Assembly: GCF_000497125.1 (NCBI RefSeq)
Contig: NC_090600.1
Coordinates: forward strand, 372,001-436,000
Length of the DNA: 64,000 nucleotides
DNA from: Spironucleus salmonicida
Lineage: Eukaryota
Direction: 5' to 3'
Below are positions 39,946 through 51,900 of the stretch, one piece after another (position 1 is the stretch's first letter; every line of letters begins with the position of its first letter). The notes under the pieces are model-generated. The model saw nothing but the letters and a program-made list of their open reading frames with translations, did not search any database and was not told the DNA's origin. A program made the position numbers and the translations under genes.

Positions 39946-40447
39946 AAAAAAAATATTTTTTATGTTTTAAGGTTGTTTTATGGTATTCTTGAAATATATG
40001 ATCTAAGGCTGATTTTCAATTAACCTACTTTATCATATGATTAAAAAAATAATAGATATTTTAATTCAAACATGCAATATAAATATCCTTAAATTTTCTT
40101 TCTATATCGTGGTATATTTGTTTGGTTTATATTTTTTAATGAAAACTATTATAATAATGTTTTATATTATATATTAAATATGAATATTATACTTACGTAA
40201 ATAATCTTTAAATATAATTAGAAAATAGTATTAATTATATGTATCGTATTATCCATAATAATTCTATTATGGATATTACATATATTAAATATGTTAATTT
40301 AATATATTGTGTAGGAAATACTATTTTAGGTTATAATTAATTTATAATGATATTCATTTTATCTCTTTGAAAATATACTTGGTGTTAAGAAACTTATATA
40401 TATATCCATGTTTTGTAATTAAATTTTTAGAAACTAGTTTGTTAGAA

Positions 40448-40804
40448 ATGGACGTTAATGCTGATTGCGAAAGTACATGCCTTACATATTGTTAGAAATT
40501 AAATAATGTTGAAGTCTGTTTCTTAGGCCTCACTAAAACAAATCTCATAGTTGAAATAGTTTATATTTTGTTAGGAATTGTTGCTCTAATACTAATTGGC
40601 TTTCTTTATGATAGATTTAAAATAAATAATGGATTTTAAAGGATTAAAATATGGGCATTTGTTAATACTTATAAGCTTGATGGCAATCACTAAATAGTTT
40701 AAACTGTTAGTTAGGGTGGGAAGACAAAATATATGATTGTTTCTAACAATCAGGTACGTCAGTAAACTCCTAATGTGATGCAGACTTATGAAAGGCCACA
40801 GTGA
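40448..40804 (+). CDS. Small single-pass membrane protein (118 aa)
   Basis: MDVNADCESTCLTYC...LIVEIVYILLGIVALILIGFLY...YERPQ*, AGTGA stop. Confidence 0.7.
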
Positions 40805-40917
40805 TATTTTATTGTAAATTTGAAGTATAAACTAAGAAATAGAATGAATTGATAAAGTAAAGGTAACAGTACTTTATGAAAAATTATGTGATAGATATAA
40901 AATTCAGTTAATAAACT

Positions 40918-40974
40918 TATAAAACTCAGACTGGATACCTCTTTCGATTAATGTATCAATCATCACTGTCTTAA
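40918..40974 (-). promoter_or_regulatory. Candidate eukaryotic SECIS element
   Basis: Minus strand G-TGAT-GATTGATAC-ATT-AA-TC-GAAA-GA-G-GTAT-C-CAGTC-TGAG: UGAU/UGAG core, GATTG/CAGTC plus ATAC/GTAT helix, apical AA and a mini-stem. Confidence 0.6.
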
Positions 40975-40986
40975 TCAATTGTAGTA

Positions 40987-41118
40987 TCATAATTTGCGCG
41001 CCTTACCTTTAAATAATCCAGAATTCTTATCTTTTGATTTATTTTTATCCTTATCAGATTCATTAAGAGTCTAGAACGAAGGCTTTTAAGGTTAACAAGG
41101 CTGAGCACCTCAAGGCAT
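40987..41118 (-). CDS. Candidate 43-aa selenoprotein MP(U)GAQPCQPQKPSFQTLNESDKDKNKSKDKNSGLFKGKARKL
   Basis: ATG CCT TGA GGT, then 40 sense codons after the TGA to a terminal TGA; SECIS-like hairpin just downstream. Confidence 0.55.
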
Positions 41119-42192
41119 TTCTAGTATAAATGTACAATTAATATTTTACACTATATCATATAATTTTTATTTACAAAATTTGATATATTTTATTATTTTT
41201 TGATGATTTGTAATATATTATGAAAAATTATTAGTAAGTAATATATTTTAATATATTATTGGTATATAACTATTACTCTAATAATTTTCAATGAAATGTA
41301 TATGGAAACCTTTATTATCAAACATTTATAATAACTATGCTGAATTAGCATTTATAAAATAATAGTTGTATGAATACTAGGTAAGTGTTGATACTTATAG
41401 TCATTATATCTGAAGAAAATTTAATTAAACACTATCATTCATGAATCATTTTCTATTTAACATATTCCAAATATTATACGTAATAACATTTTGAATTAAT
41501 AATAATGATATTTATAATTGATATAATTTTACAATTTAACTTTTTATTATAAGTTTACCAAATTATTAACTATTGTGTTGAAAATAAATTATATTACGGA
41601 CCTGATAAACATAATTATACACTTTACTATGTAAATACATTATAACATTACTTACTAACTTCTATCTTTATCTTGTTTTTTATATTTACAGAATTTAATT
41701 ACTCCAATTCGTGAAAAGTGCTTATCTTATTATTTTTATTTAAACTAAAACTATTAAATAAATCATATACTTTGGATATGATTATCAAATTGATATTATA
41801 AAATACCATGTTATTGATACATAATATTAGTTTAATATTCTGAATTTATGTACTCGTGTCAATAATCGTTAGTAATAATCAATAATATAATGAGTCATAA
41901 CATTCTGTATTAAATGGTAAAAATAGTATTCTAAATTGAAGGATCTGACAATAAAAAGAAATTGAATTGTAATAGTACCAGAAGAATGCAAAGAGTTTTT
42001 GTCTATACTAATTATTTGTGGTCAATTTTATTTAATGGTATATTTTATCTAAAAAGTAATAAAACATATAAAAATTAGAATAACTGTCAAAAATTTGATA
42101 TTTCATTAATCTAAAATTTAGATAATTTTTATTAAATTTAAATACTGTAAGAAAAGTGAAACTAATTTGTGATTTATTTTAAGTTAAAATAC

Positions 42193-42585
42193 TCACTCTA
42201 CTAAGCCATCTAATAACTCCTTAACTGTAATAACTTCATTATTGTCAGAAAATTATTTCTATAACATGAAAATAGGATCAAAGATGATACCTAACTGTGG
42301 TGAACAAACATCCTAATTACCAAAATAGAGTGCTGCAAAAAAGATACTAGCCAAGCTCAAAAATGCATAAAATTTCTATTTTTGCTGGATAATAACTCTA
42401 GGTTGTGACTAGTTTTTCTACTTTAATTGTGCATTTAGAATTTTAAGTGCGCCACAAATTGAGATTAATGATTAAGTTTAAAATGCCTTAAGTTATTCAT
42501 TTTAGTCTTTCAATATTTTTTGACGTATTTCTATTTCAGAAATTGTTAGATTTATTTTGGAAATACAACGAGACTATTTGTTCAT
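42193..42585 (-). CDS. Hypothetical protein (130 aa) with one hydrophobic segment
   Basis: MNKQSRCISKINL...FYAFLSLASIFFAALYF...LDGLVE*, AGTGA stop. Confidence 0.65.
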
Positions 42586-42728
42586 TTATTATAAAAAGAA
42601 TCTTTGTAGATAAATAGATTATATACATATTTATACAAATACCAAGAGGAAAAACGAGGAATTACGAAGGAATACTTATTTTATAATATACATAATAATT
42701 ATATACTATTCTATCAGGGCTGTTTAAA

Positions 42729-42989
42729 ATGAACTATGAGCTTAACACAGACTGGAGCCGCCCATATACTAATCATACACAAAGATATTATAATCCAACT
42801 GTTATAAGCTTTGAATAACAGACATCTCGTACTAGGCCGGTGTTCTTTCTATCAGATCATTCGTTAGGACTCGATAATTAGTATAAATCATAGGCAAGCC
42901 ATTAGGTTAATCTACCAACATTTTCTACTCATTAAAAGTATAAACCAAGAAAAAGAACAACCTTTAGAATAGTACAATAGTAGCAGTGA
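42729..42989 (+). CDS. Hypothetical protein (86 aa)
   Basis: MNYELNTDWSRPYTNH...FRIVQQQQ*, AGTGA stop. Confidence 0.6.
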
Positions 42990-43077
42990 GATAAATTTAT
43001 TAACACTCCTTTCCGCAAAACTATTATTATATAATTATTAAATCATAATACGATTCCACTTCATTTCCTCTAATCAA

Positions 43078-45645
43078 ATGCTCCATAGTATTATGAACAC
43101 AAATTAACACTCTCTTTCTTCTAAACAACTAGAGACTATTTTAGAACGTAAAAATGAACTAGAAATGATTGACACAGTAAAATCAATATTGCAATCAGCG
43201 TTTTCAGATCCACCACCAGAATCCTACATTTTTCCGCTTATCAAAAATGTATCACCATCTTAGAACAAGTTGTTGAAGCGTCTTATCCATCTGTTCTGGC
43301 CCCTTGTGTAATTTTATGATGGCCACGGGGCCCTCAAGCCCTACACAATTTTGATTTGCAACTCGATCCTTTCGGATCTGAAACATCCAAACGAGTTCAT
43401 CCAAATATCCGCATTACGTTGTGTAGCCTCTCTAGAAGTTAGAAAGGTCGTATAAAACGTCATTCAGGGCGTAATATTTTTGCTTAATTCAGATTTCTCA
43501 GAAGTCCGCGTAGCAGCAGCATTTACGCTCATGTAGATAGAGAGCAAGTTCCCAGGTCTTTGCTAAGCCTCTCTGATCGAGCAAACTCTGCAAACAGAAA
43601 GCGACCAGGAGGTCCTCGCCTGGCTTGTAAAATTTTTAGCGCTAAACAGTCAAATACAGCTTAATAACGCTCTAAATACCCTTATTCACCAGCACAGCCC
43701 ATTTACGACCAATTTCAAGCTTGGGGCTGCCATTTTCGACTCATTCGGAGCGTTTAACGAGCAGAATCAGCAGATTTTACTACAGAACATTTAGCAGCCG
43801 GAACAGTTGAGCCCGATCGTCCTCTCATCCGCCGGACTTGCGCTGCAAAATTACCCCGTTCAGTCAGCGCTCTGCCTGCTGCAGTCCTGCAAAGACGCGC
43901 CTGAGGCCGCAGTTTTGCAGGTCATCGACATCATTTCGACGCAAAATTACGAGGAAAAAACTGACCTGATTTGCATGCATTTGACGCAGTTTTTCTTGTC
44001 GAATCAGTCGAATTTGAGCGTTTTCAAGCTGCTCAAAAGCAAGATTCTCCTCAAATTGAGCACTGGAAATCTGAACGCCAAAAGCGCCATTATTAATGCG
44101 CTATGCTCTTCGCGGCTCATTGAGAGCAAATTCGTCGATCTGCAGCTAGAAATTCTATCTACGATATAATAATTAAATTATTTTGAAAATTTTACAGTTT
44201 CTATGTTGAATAACATAATTATGTTAGCTAGTGTATAATAATCCGAGTTTTAGGTTTTGGTTGTTAACGAAAATGTAAAATCTTTGATATTTTAGGAATG
44301 TTGCTAAGTTATAAGCGAAGTTATCGTTAGTTGTGCGTAGTAATAGGGAGAGAAAGTAGTAGAAATTTGCAAAATTTGTATTCAAAATTTGGTTAAAACT
44401 TGTGATGAAAATGGGTTTTTGAGTATTTTAAAGGGGTTAAGACAGATAATAGTTAATAATGAAGAAGTTATCGTTGGATTTTTATTTTTGCTGCCTTTAA
44501 AGATAGAAATTTACGAAACAAATGCACAAAATTTATATATCTAAATGATCATAAATAATATAAAGAAGGGCCCAAATGATGAAGTTTAACTTTTTTAAGA
44601 AATAAAAAATGGTAGTAATAGCCAAATCACCGTGCAATATATGAAATTAGTGCTTCAGTTGATATAATTTGACCTTGATAAATTCGTCATAGGGAGACTA
44701 ATTATTGGTTGTGCTCAGCTTATCAATAACAGTGTGAAGCTAACTGATTCTGAGAAAAATTATTGCTTAACAGTGTTATAGGAAGTTTACAGTATTGGCC
44801 GTACTGGTAAGAGGTCTTTAGTTTTAAATAATAACGTGTAATAGTGTAAACCACAAATATAATAAATACAAATTTAAAAACAGTCTCAAAGTCGATACTT
44901 AGATTTTTCAATCCTTAAGACTACTCATGAATAGTAAAAGTAATAACTTCATTCTAGTTTGTAAAATTTTTAATAGCTAGCAGCAGATCCTAAAAATGTT
45001 ACTTAAATTATATAACTTTCTGCAGATGCGGATATGGTATATTCTGAGGCAATTGCTGTAATAAATAAAAACAACTTAACCCTTCATGTGCTTTTCATTA
45101 ATAGAACTGATTAACCAATAACAGACTTAGAATTGGAGCTATTTTCAGATTCAATCTAAGTATCAAGAAATTCAAAGAAACTATCTCTAGAACCGCAAAC
45201 AAGCTCATTTTTAACATATTCAATTTCTATAAATACATGTTAGAGCTCTATAATCTATGGTAATTTGATTTGTAAAATTCAGTAAAAAGCAAAAACTCGT
45301 TTTAGAGAGCTAATTCTTAGAATCAATGAAATCCGTATTCCTGTAAGTAATTTCTTAAGACCAATCGGAGTATCTGAAAGCGAGTTTTCGAGAGAATTCT
45401 CAAGTCTAGAGTTTGAGGGAAACTGCAAAACCATAAATGATATTCATCACATAACAAAAAAAGTTAACGGATAAATTATCAAATTTATAGACTGTGACCA
45501 AATGAAAAACGCCATGATAAGCTGTATATCAGTGTAGAACGAAATAGTTTTAATAGTTTTCAATGAGGTTAATGGATGTTGTGGAATTAAGGTCAAAGCA
45601 GGAAGTTAAGGGCTTGTTAGAAGTGTTATGGAAGAGCTGGCGTGA
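43078..45645 (+). CDS. COPB1: Coatomer subunit beta (beta-COP), 855 aa
   Basis: PSQNKLLKRLIHLFWPLV..DGHGALKPYTILICNSILSDLKHPNEFIQISALR matches the beta-COP adaptin N-terminal signature. Confidence 0.85.
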
Positions 45646-45775
45646 TAGAAATGGTTATCATTAAAAGTACAATAAAATTGTAGTCTAAGTGGGGTTTCTT
45701 AATTAACTTTCAATATTTTAGTCAGTTGAAATAATGTTAGTGAATAAGAGAATAGTGATATAAAAAGTTTTCATA

Positions 45776-46390
45776 TCACTGGCATATCGCTAGCCTGTCC
45801 TTGATCTGCTTCGGCGTCTCGGTGGGCTCCATGTCGAGTTCTTTGAAGAGTTGCGTGCGGGACTTCTCGAGTCCCTCGCCAATCGCGTCGAGGCCCTCGA
45901 AGAGCTGCACCTACCTGGTTTTCCACTCTACTAGAAGCTTCTTCAGCATTTTCTTGCAGCCTGTCATCTGCTCGTTGCTGATAACCTCGTCGGCCTCGGT
46001 AACGGTAATCAGTGCTAGCCTCTTCTGCACCTGGGCTACCTCGTCCCTGAGCTGTGCCTCCGACTTGACGTTCTGGAGCTGCGTCTGCTCTGCCTTCAGT
46101 TGGGCTACGTCGGCCTGCAGTGCCTCGATCGTGTCGGCGTAGTCAGCATTCTGCTGCTTGAGGGCGTCCAGCTCGCCCTCCGGTATCGGGGTGATGAGCG
46201 CCTGGTTGTACACGTAGAGCTTGCCGGACTTGCCGACCTGCAGGAAGGTGACCTTCTGGTCGGCGACGAGCTTGTCGAGGGCGCGCTGGACGAAGGTCTT
46301 GGAGTACTTAGAGGCGGTGAAGTTGATGACGGTCTGGAGGGAGAAGGGGGAGTTGTTCTGGGCGAAGAGCTGCAGGATCTCCTGCTCCAT
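45776..46390 (-). CDS. HOP2: Hop2/TBPIP, copy 2
   Basis: As copy 1, with K>E, S>A and M>I substitutions. Confidence 0.85.
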
Positions 46391-46435
46391 TGGGAGCGCT
46401 GCGCCGTCCGGGCCTGCGCCCTACCCAAATTGTAT

Positions 46436-46520
46436 CCCCACTTAGCTCAGTTGGTAGAGCGTTTGGCTGTAGAGCTCTGTAGTTACCGAACGGTCACTGG
46501 TTCAACTCCGGTAGTGGGGA
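46436..46520 (+). tRNA. tRNA-Tyr(GTA) with 12-nt intron, copy 2
   Basis: Identical to 28823-28907. Confidence 0.95.
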
Positions 46521-46583
46521 ATTTTAACTTTCCGGCTCCGCTGCACGGCAACCCCGAGCGCCAGGGCAAAAGATTAAAAGATT

Positions 46584-46655
46584 GGGGAAATCCGGGAATT
46601 GAACCCGGGACCTCCTCTACCCTAAAGAGGAATCATTCCACTAGACCAATTTCCC
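46584..46655 (-). tRNA. tRNA-Pro(AGG), copy 2
   Basis: Identical to 28971-29042. Confidence 0.95.
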
Positions 46656-46834
46656 ACGGCTATGGGCGCGCCTTCCGGTCCGGCGCGGGCAGCGGGAGAC
46701 ACGGCGCCCTAGTGGGCTGAGTTTGGCCAGGGCATGCGGGCGCAGCCCTCGGTGCCCGGCCGTAGCGGGCAGGCAGGCACGGCCGCGCCATGAGGTGCGC
46801 CGCGGGGCAGGGGTAGGAACGATCGAACAGCATC

Positions 46835-47026
46835 TCACTAGAAGTAGTTTTTGATAAGCAGGATCTCATCGCACAGAATCTCGTCCTCCTCCAAAAATTG
46901 CGTGTACTGCACGTGCATGTCAACTAGCTCGCTTTCCGAGGCCACGGGGCGGATCATCTCGTTCGACTAAGACACCTTTGGGGACACCTTCGTCAGCCTG
47001 GCGGACGATCGCACTACTTTCTTCAT
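46835..47026 (-). CDS. Small hypothetical protein (63 aa), copy 2
   Basis: Frame intact; NAKI>NEMI plus synonymous changes. Confidence 0.6.
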
Positions 47027-48031
47027 TGGAGAGTGGCAAATTTAAGTCTGCTATAATTATATATATTCCGTATAATGGCGGGAAGTTAGCAAAATATACT
47101 TCTGTTTATAGATACATATACCATATGCATCAATGGCAATAAGTTATTACTTATTTTTTTTTGTTTTAGTTACTAAAAATATTAAAACAGATTACAATAT
47201 ATTAACAAACTTACGGTTCATAAAAATTATTTTTACCTGGTATTATAATTTAAATTGTTATATTAAACATTAGAATACTTAAATATTTTAAATAACTATA
47301 AACATTATCAATTATAAACAATAACTTAAACAAAGTTTTAAATTATACCTACTATATGCGTGGCATGTATTATAATACTAATATTATACATAATTTGCAA
47401 AAGACACCATCCTTATTCGATGGGTAAACTAAACGTATTGTAAATAGTAATAGTACTATTTATAATCACTTAAAAAATACTTTGACCTGTAACTATTTAC
47501 CGGAGACTAATTTACTGATTTATATATCATTATCAAAACATCTAATCTAATCCTATATTTGACTAAATCCGCAAAATAGCTATCAGAAGCTAAAGGATGT
47601 GTATACTCTGCTGATAAAGATAATTCTGGCACTTTTAATAAATTTGGTAGAAGATTTCATTATTTTTTTCATTTTTATTCCGTTAGAAACGATATATTTA
47701 TTTATATTTATTAGGGAAAATAATTTAAACTAAACTAACATTGGTATGCTTTCATCTGTTTAATTTTACTTTGTTAGCTTACTAAATCTGTTTGGATGTA
47801 TGCTTATTACAATTGCTTGTAATGAGGATACTTTTATTTTCATTTTTGTCAAGAAGAGCATGATAGTGAATATCAATTACTAGTATGTGTTTTATTTCTT
47901 TGAAATCAGTATTAGAAATTATCTTGGCCACCATTACCTAGATGGATTTCTGATTTAATTAAAGCATATATAAAGTACTAATTTTTTCATTATATAATGT
48001 TGCAATAAAAAACAGCTCACTAAGTTAACTA

Positions 48032-48538
48032 TCACATCATCTCCAGTTATTTTCGCATCTCCTCTTCCTCGTTGCCTCCGTTGCCTCTTCCCTGGCTTTT
48101 GCAAGATGCTATAAACTCTTCTACGTCCTTCTATGATATTTCTCTCATCAGCAGGCCAAGAACCTCAGGATCAACTATCTCCTTATAAACCTAAATTTTG
48201 CCAAATTTCTGCTCTAAAATTTTTGAAAATTCGGCGATGTGCTTGTTTTAAAAGTGCTCCTAGCAGAATAGGATAGTAAAGACACTCTTATGCAGCGCCG
48301 GGCGAAGGACCTTTGAGTCGAAGAGTGACTCGTTTTGCTGCAAAAACTGAGCATGAGCCGAAGCTATTTTAGCAGCTTCACGCCGGTCGCTGGATGTCAT
48401 TGCCTCTCTAGCCAGCATTTCGAGGGTGAAATTGCTCTCTGTGCTGCTGAATAGCTTCAAGTTAGCAGACTCGAATCTTTGATTATGCATAGCAGAAATC
48501 TATGTTAATACTGCATTAACACCGCAATACAAGGGCAT
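48032..48538 (-). CDS. Ist1-like copy 2 with replaced N-terminus (168 aa)
   Basis: MPLYCGVNAV-LTQISAMHNQR...; lacks the MGSS start of copy 1. Confidence 0.5.
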
Positions 48539-48979
48539 ATATAATATAAGAGGATTTTGGATCTATAAATCGTATAGTGAAGCTTAGTAGTAAAATTTGA
48601 GTTTTGAGTATGATAAATATCCACTTATTTCTTTAGATGATTTTTAATGAAGTATCATAATATATATTTAATTTATGATAATCTATGAGGTAGGGTATTA
48701 GGATAAACGTTATGATTCATTTTATTTATACATTATAAATTAAATATCATTACTATATTAGATAGTTTTTATAATAATTCAAATAATTATATATAACAAA
48801 TATTAGCATTTCAATATAAATGTATATAAAATCATGTAATAATACTATATAAGTTAGCAGATAAATCTAGAAAATGATATAGATATAAATAATATCTGGA
48901 TTATTACGATTTTTAGTTTTTAACAATTTTATATAATTAATATATCTCATAATAATAATCATAATAATGTGTTCTAAAA

Positions 48980-51900
48980 ATGATAATCATGTTATAAATA
49001 ATTTTGATAAACTCTCAGGAAGAATTAGCGGGTATAAATGCGAACAACGAATTTGAGTATGCAATTAACTAAGATTTTAATGTTTAGCTTATAGATTCTG
49101 ACTTAATATCAGTTTTTAATGGTTTTCTATCAGGTGCACGACATATAATACGTATTGAACAAATAGTTGATAATTTCTAATTTATAGTGACAAGTGAAGC
49201 TATAATACAAGATATTACTATCTAAATAACAATAGATATCTTAGCAACGGATTCATTTTCTCTTGTAAAAAGCTCTCGAAGGTCATAAATAAAAAATATA
49301 TACTTCACCCTGAAGACCAAAAACGTTTTGAATGATATTAAAATAAGCTTTTTTGAAAACTTTATTAACTCTGATATTAGTAGCTCATTTTTTGAACTTG
49401 ATGCGAGTCTAACTAAAATATAGAAATAGAATTTCACAATAATTTATAATGCTCCAAAATCAAAAATTTCCAATATTAATATACAGCAAGATTTATACAA
49501 TGTTTAGTTTGCAACCTGTTTCTATTTAGTAGAAGATGCTGATCATCTTATTATCACATAAAATGTTATATAATGCAAAACTGTAAATGGTGTTGCATAT
49601 AGTAGTATTGGAACCATTAATAATATTAATATTATATAAACTATAGGTTAAATTAGTTTCAATATAGGAGTTGCCTAGTAGTTATAAGGATAAGCTAGCT
49701 CAATCCATATATATATGAAAATAGCTCAGAATGATGATATATTTACTATTCTAGCTATAACATAAACCCTCTAAGCTATCCTGAATTCGTTTGATCTTGA
49801 ACTCGAGATCATTATTGACTCAGCTAAGGAATAAAGTAATATATAAATGTTCTCATCTGCAGCTGAGGTCGTACTAATCAGTGATATATCAGTCCAGATA
49901 AGATTATACGTATTTGAATCATTATTAAAAGTATCATTTTTCGGGGATAAATGTAAATCTTAAGAATTTAAGAATATTTCAATATAAATGATTTAACAAA
50001 GTGGAGATTTACCGTAATAGTTGATATAATTAGCAGAGGATATAGAAAAATCCATTTTCTCAAATTTGTATTTCTAGTTCGAAAGTAGTGCAGATTCTTA
50101 TCTTGGCAAGTAATCATATTATGGTATATGTAATAAAGCAGTAGATGTTACATTACAAAATATTGTAATAATTTAGACTGGTATTATTAAAAATGTTAAT
50201 AGTTAATTTCAATTATTTGGTTTGTTTAATTAGGCATCATTGGTATAGATTGTTAATTTGTCAATTAGATTTTAATGCATATTTGAAAGCTAGGATAGAA
50301 ATAATGATAATATATTTGCCGGTTTAGGTTAGACGATTATTGATAGTACTTTAACTAATATTATTGTATTCATATCTTTGTAATCAAAACCTTAACTTCA
50401 GTCTTATTTTGGCATCTCTAAAATTTTAAAAAATACAACATTGTAGGTTTTAAATATGTTCGGCGAGATAAAGTTAGATAATATTAATAGTATACATGGA
50501 ATATCGGAAGAAATAAACAATTGTACTATAATGCATCTAATGATTAACGTATTTTATTAAGCTATCAATACACCAGACTGCTATATTTTAGGGAAAGAAG
50601 TTACTGAAACAAAACTTTAGTATATAGTTGAGCTTACAATTAAATAAGAATGTAAAAAAGGTGTAAAATTATAAAAAGAGTTACTAGACTCGGACATATC
50701 AAACACTGCTATATTAGCTGGTAATGGAAAAGGGTTAATTACGTTTTAGCCTGACGACTTATAGATAGGTTCTTTTGCTAATTAATATATTATAACAGGT
50801 CAATGGAAAGCTCACCCCAAATATAACTCCAAGTTCATTTATCTAGCAAATCTATTTACAACTTCGACTACTAGTTATATAGAGATTTTAGACACTCCTC
50901 CATTTCCATTCATGCAAACTGCTAATGGATCAATATACTTAAAGAATTAAAGAAGAATATGCTTAAAAAATTGTGCATAATTATTTAATGGCGATGTAAT
51001 TACATGTGGCCTTGGGTTTATGGGACTAGAATGCACAACATATTCCTGTGGTCCAAATTTTTGTAAAAATAGTGGGGTATGTGACTCAACATCTGGTTGT
51101 AAGTGCTTACCTGGGAAGTACGGTAAAACCTGCTAACATGACTTTTGCAATACTTGTATTGGAGACATGTGTGAGAAACCTATAAAACATTCACTTCCTG
51201 TATGCGCAGGAGACTAGATAACAACTTGTTAAAATGGTATTAACGCTGATAATTTTTGTGTCTGCAAAAGTGGATATTTTACAAAGAAAAGACCCTGTGG
51301 AAGTTTCAAATGCAAAACTGATAGAGACTGTAGCGATTAAAAATGTATTAATGGAAATTGCAACTGCAGGCCTACCTTAGGTGGTTTAAGCTGTCAGTAT
51401 TGTATAGGAAATGATGTTAGCTGCAAATAATAATGTGTTAGTGGGGACTGCTAATTTGGAAATGGCTGTATTTACCTAGAAGGTATCTCTGGGGACTACC
51501 AGTGCTCGAATTGTATTGATAATAGAATTTCTCCACGTTGCATGGATTGTAAAGTTGGCTTCATTAAGGTGGTAAATTCTTGTTTCAGTAAATGCAACAC
51601 TTGTAAGACAGGAGTTTGCTACTTCTTGGATAAATGCATAAGCAAAGATCCTGCATTGTGTGAATATGGTTGTATATCATGTAGCATAGGTGTTTCTGGA
51701 GATAAATGCAATATTTGCTAAGTTAATTATTAATTTTATAACTACAATTGCTACTAAATACTGGACCAAGACGTAACCTTTGGCGTGTGTTTTACTATAG
51801 ATGGTAAGAATAAATGCCTCAGCTGCGTGGTTGGATATATTTTGTATAAGGATTAGTGCGTACTGAAATGCTCTAAGGAGTCTTGCCAGTATGGGACTTG

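Larger units (their letters stand above)
45776..48509 (+). repeat. Direct duplication unit C' (partner 28163-30894)
   Basis: Direct comparison of the two copies. Confidence 0.95.

Noticed and set aside
40925-40966. Box C (GTGATGA) / box D (CTGA) snoRNA reading of the SECIS-like hairpin
   Set aside because: Only ~30 nt lie between the boxes and they are mostly base-paired, leaving no guide region; the adjacent TGA-containing ORF favours a SECIS. Not fully excluded.
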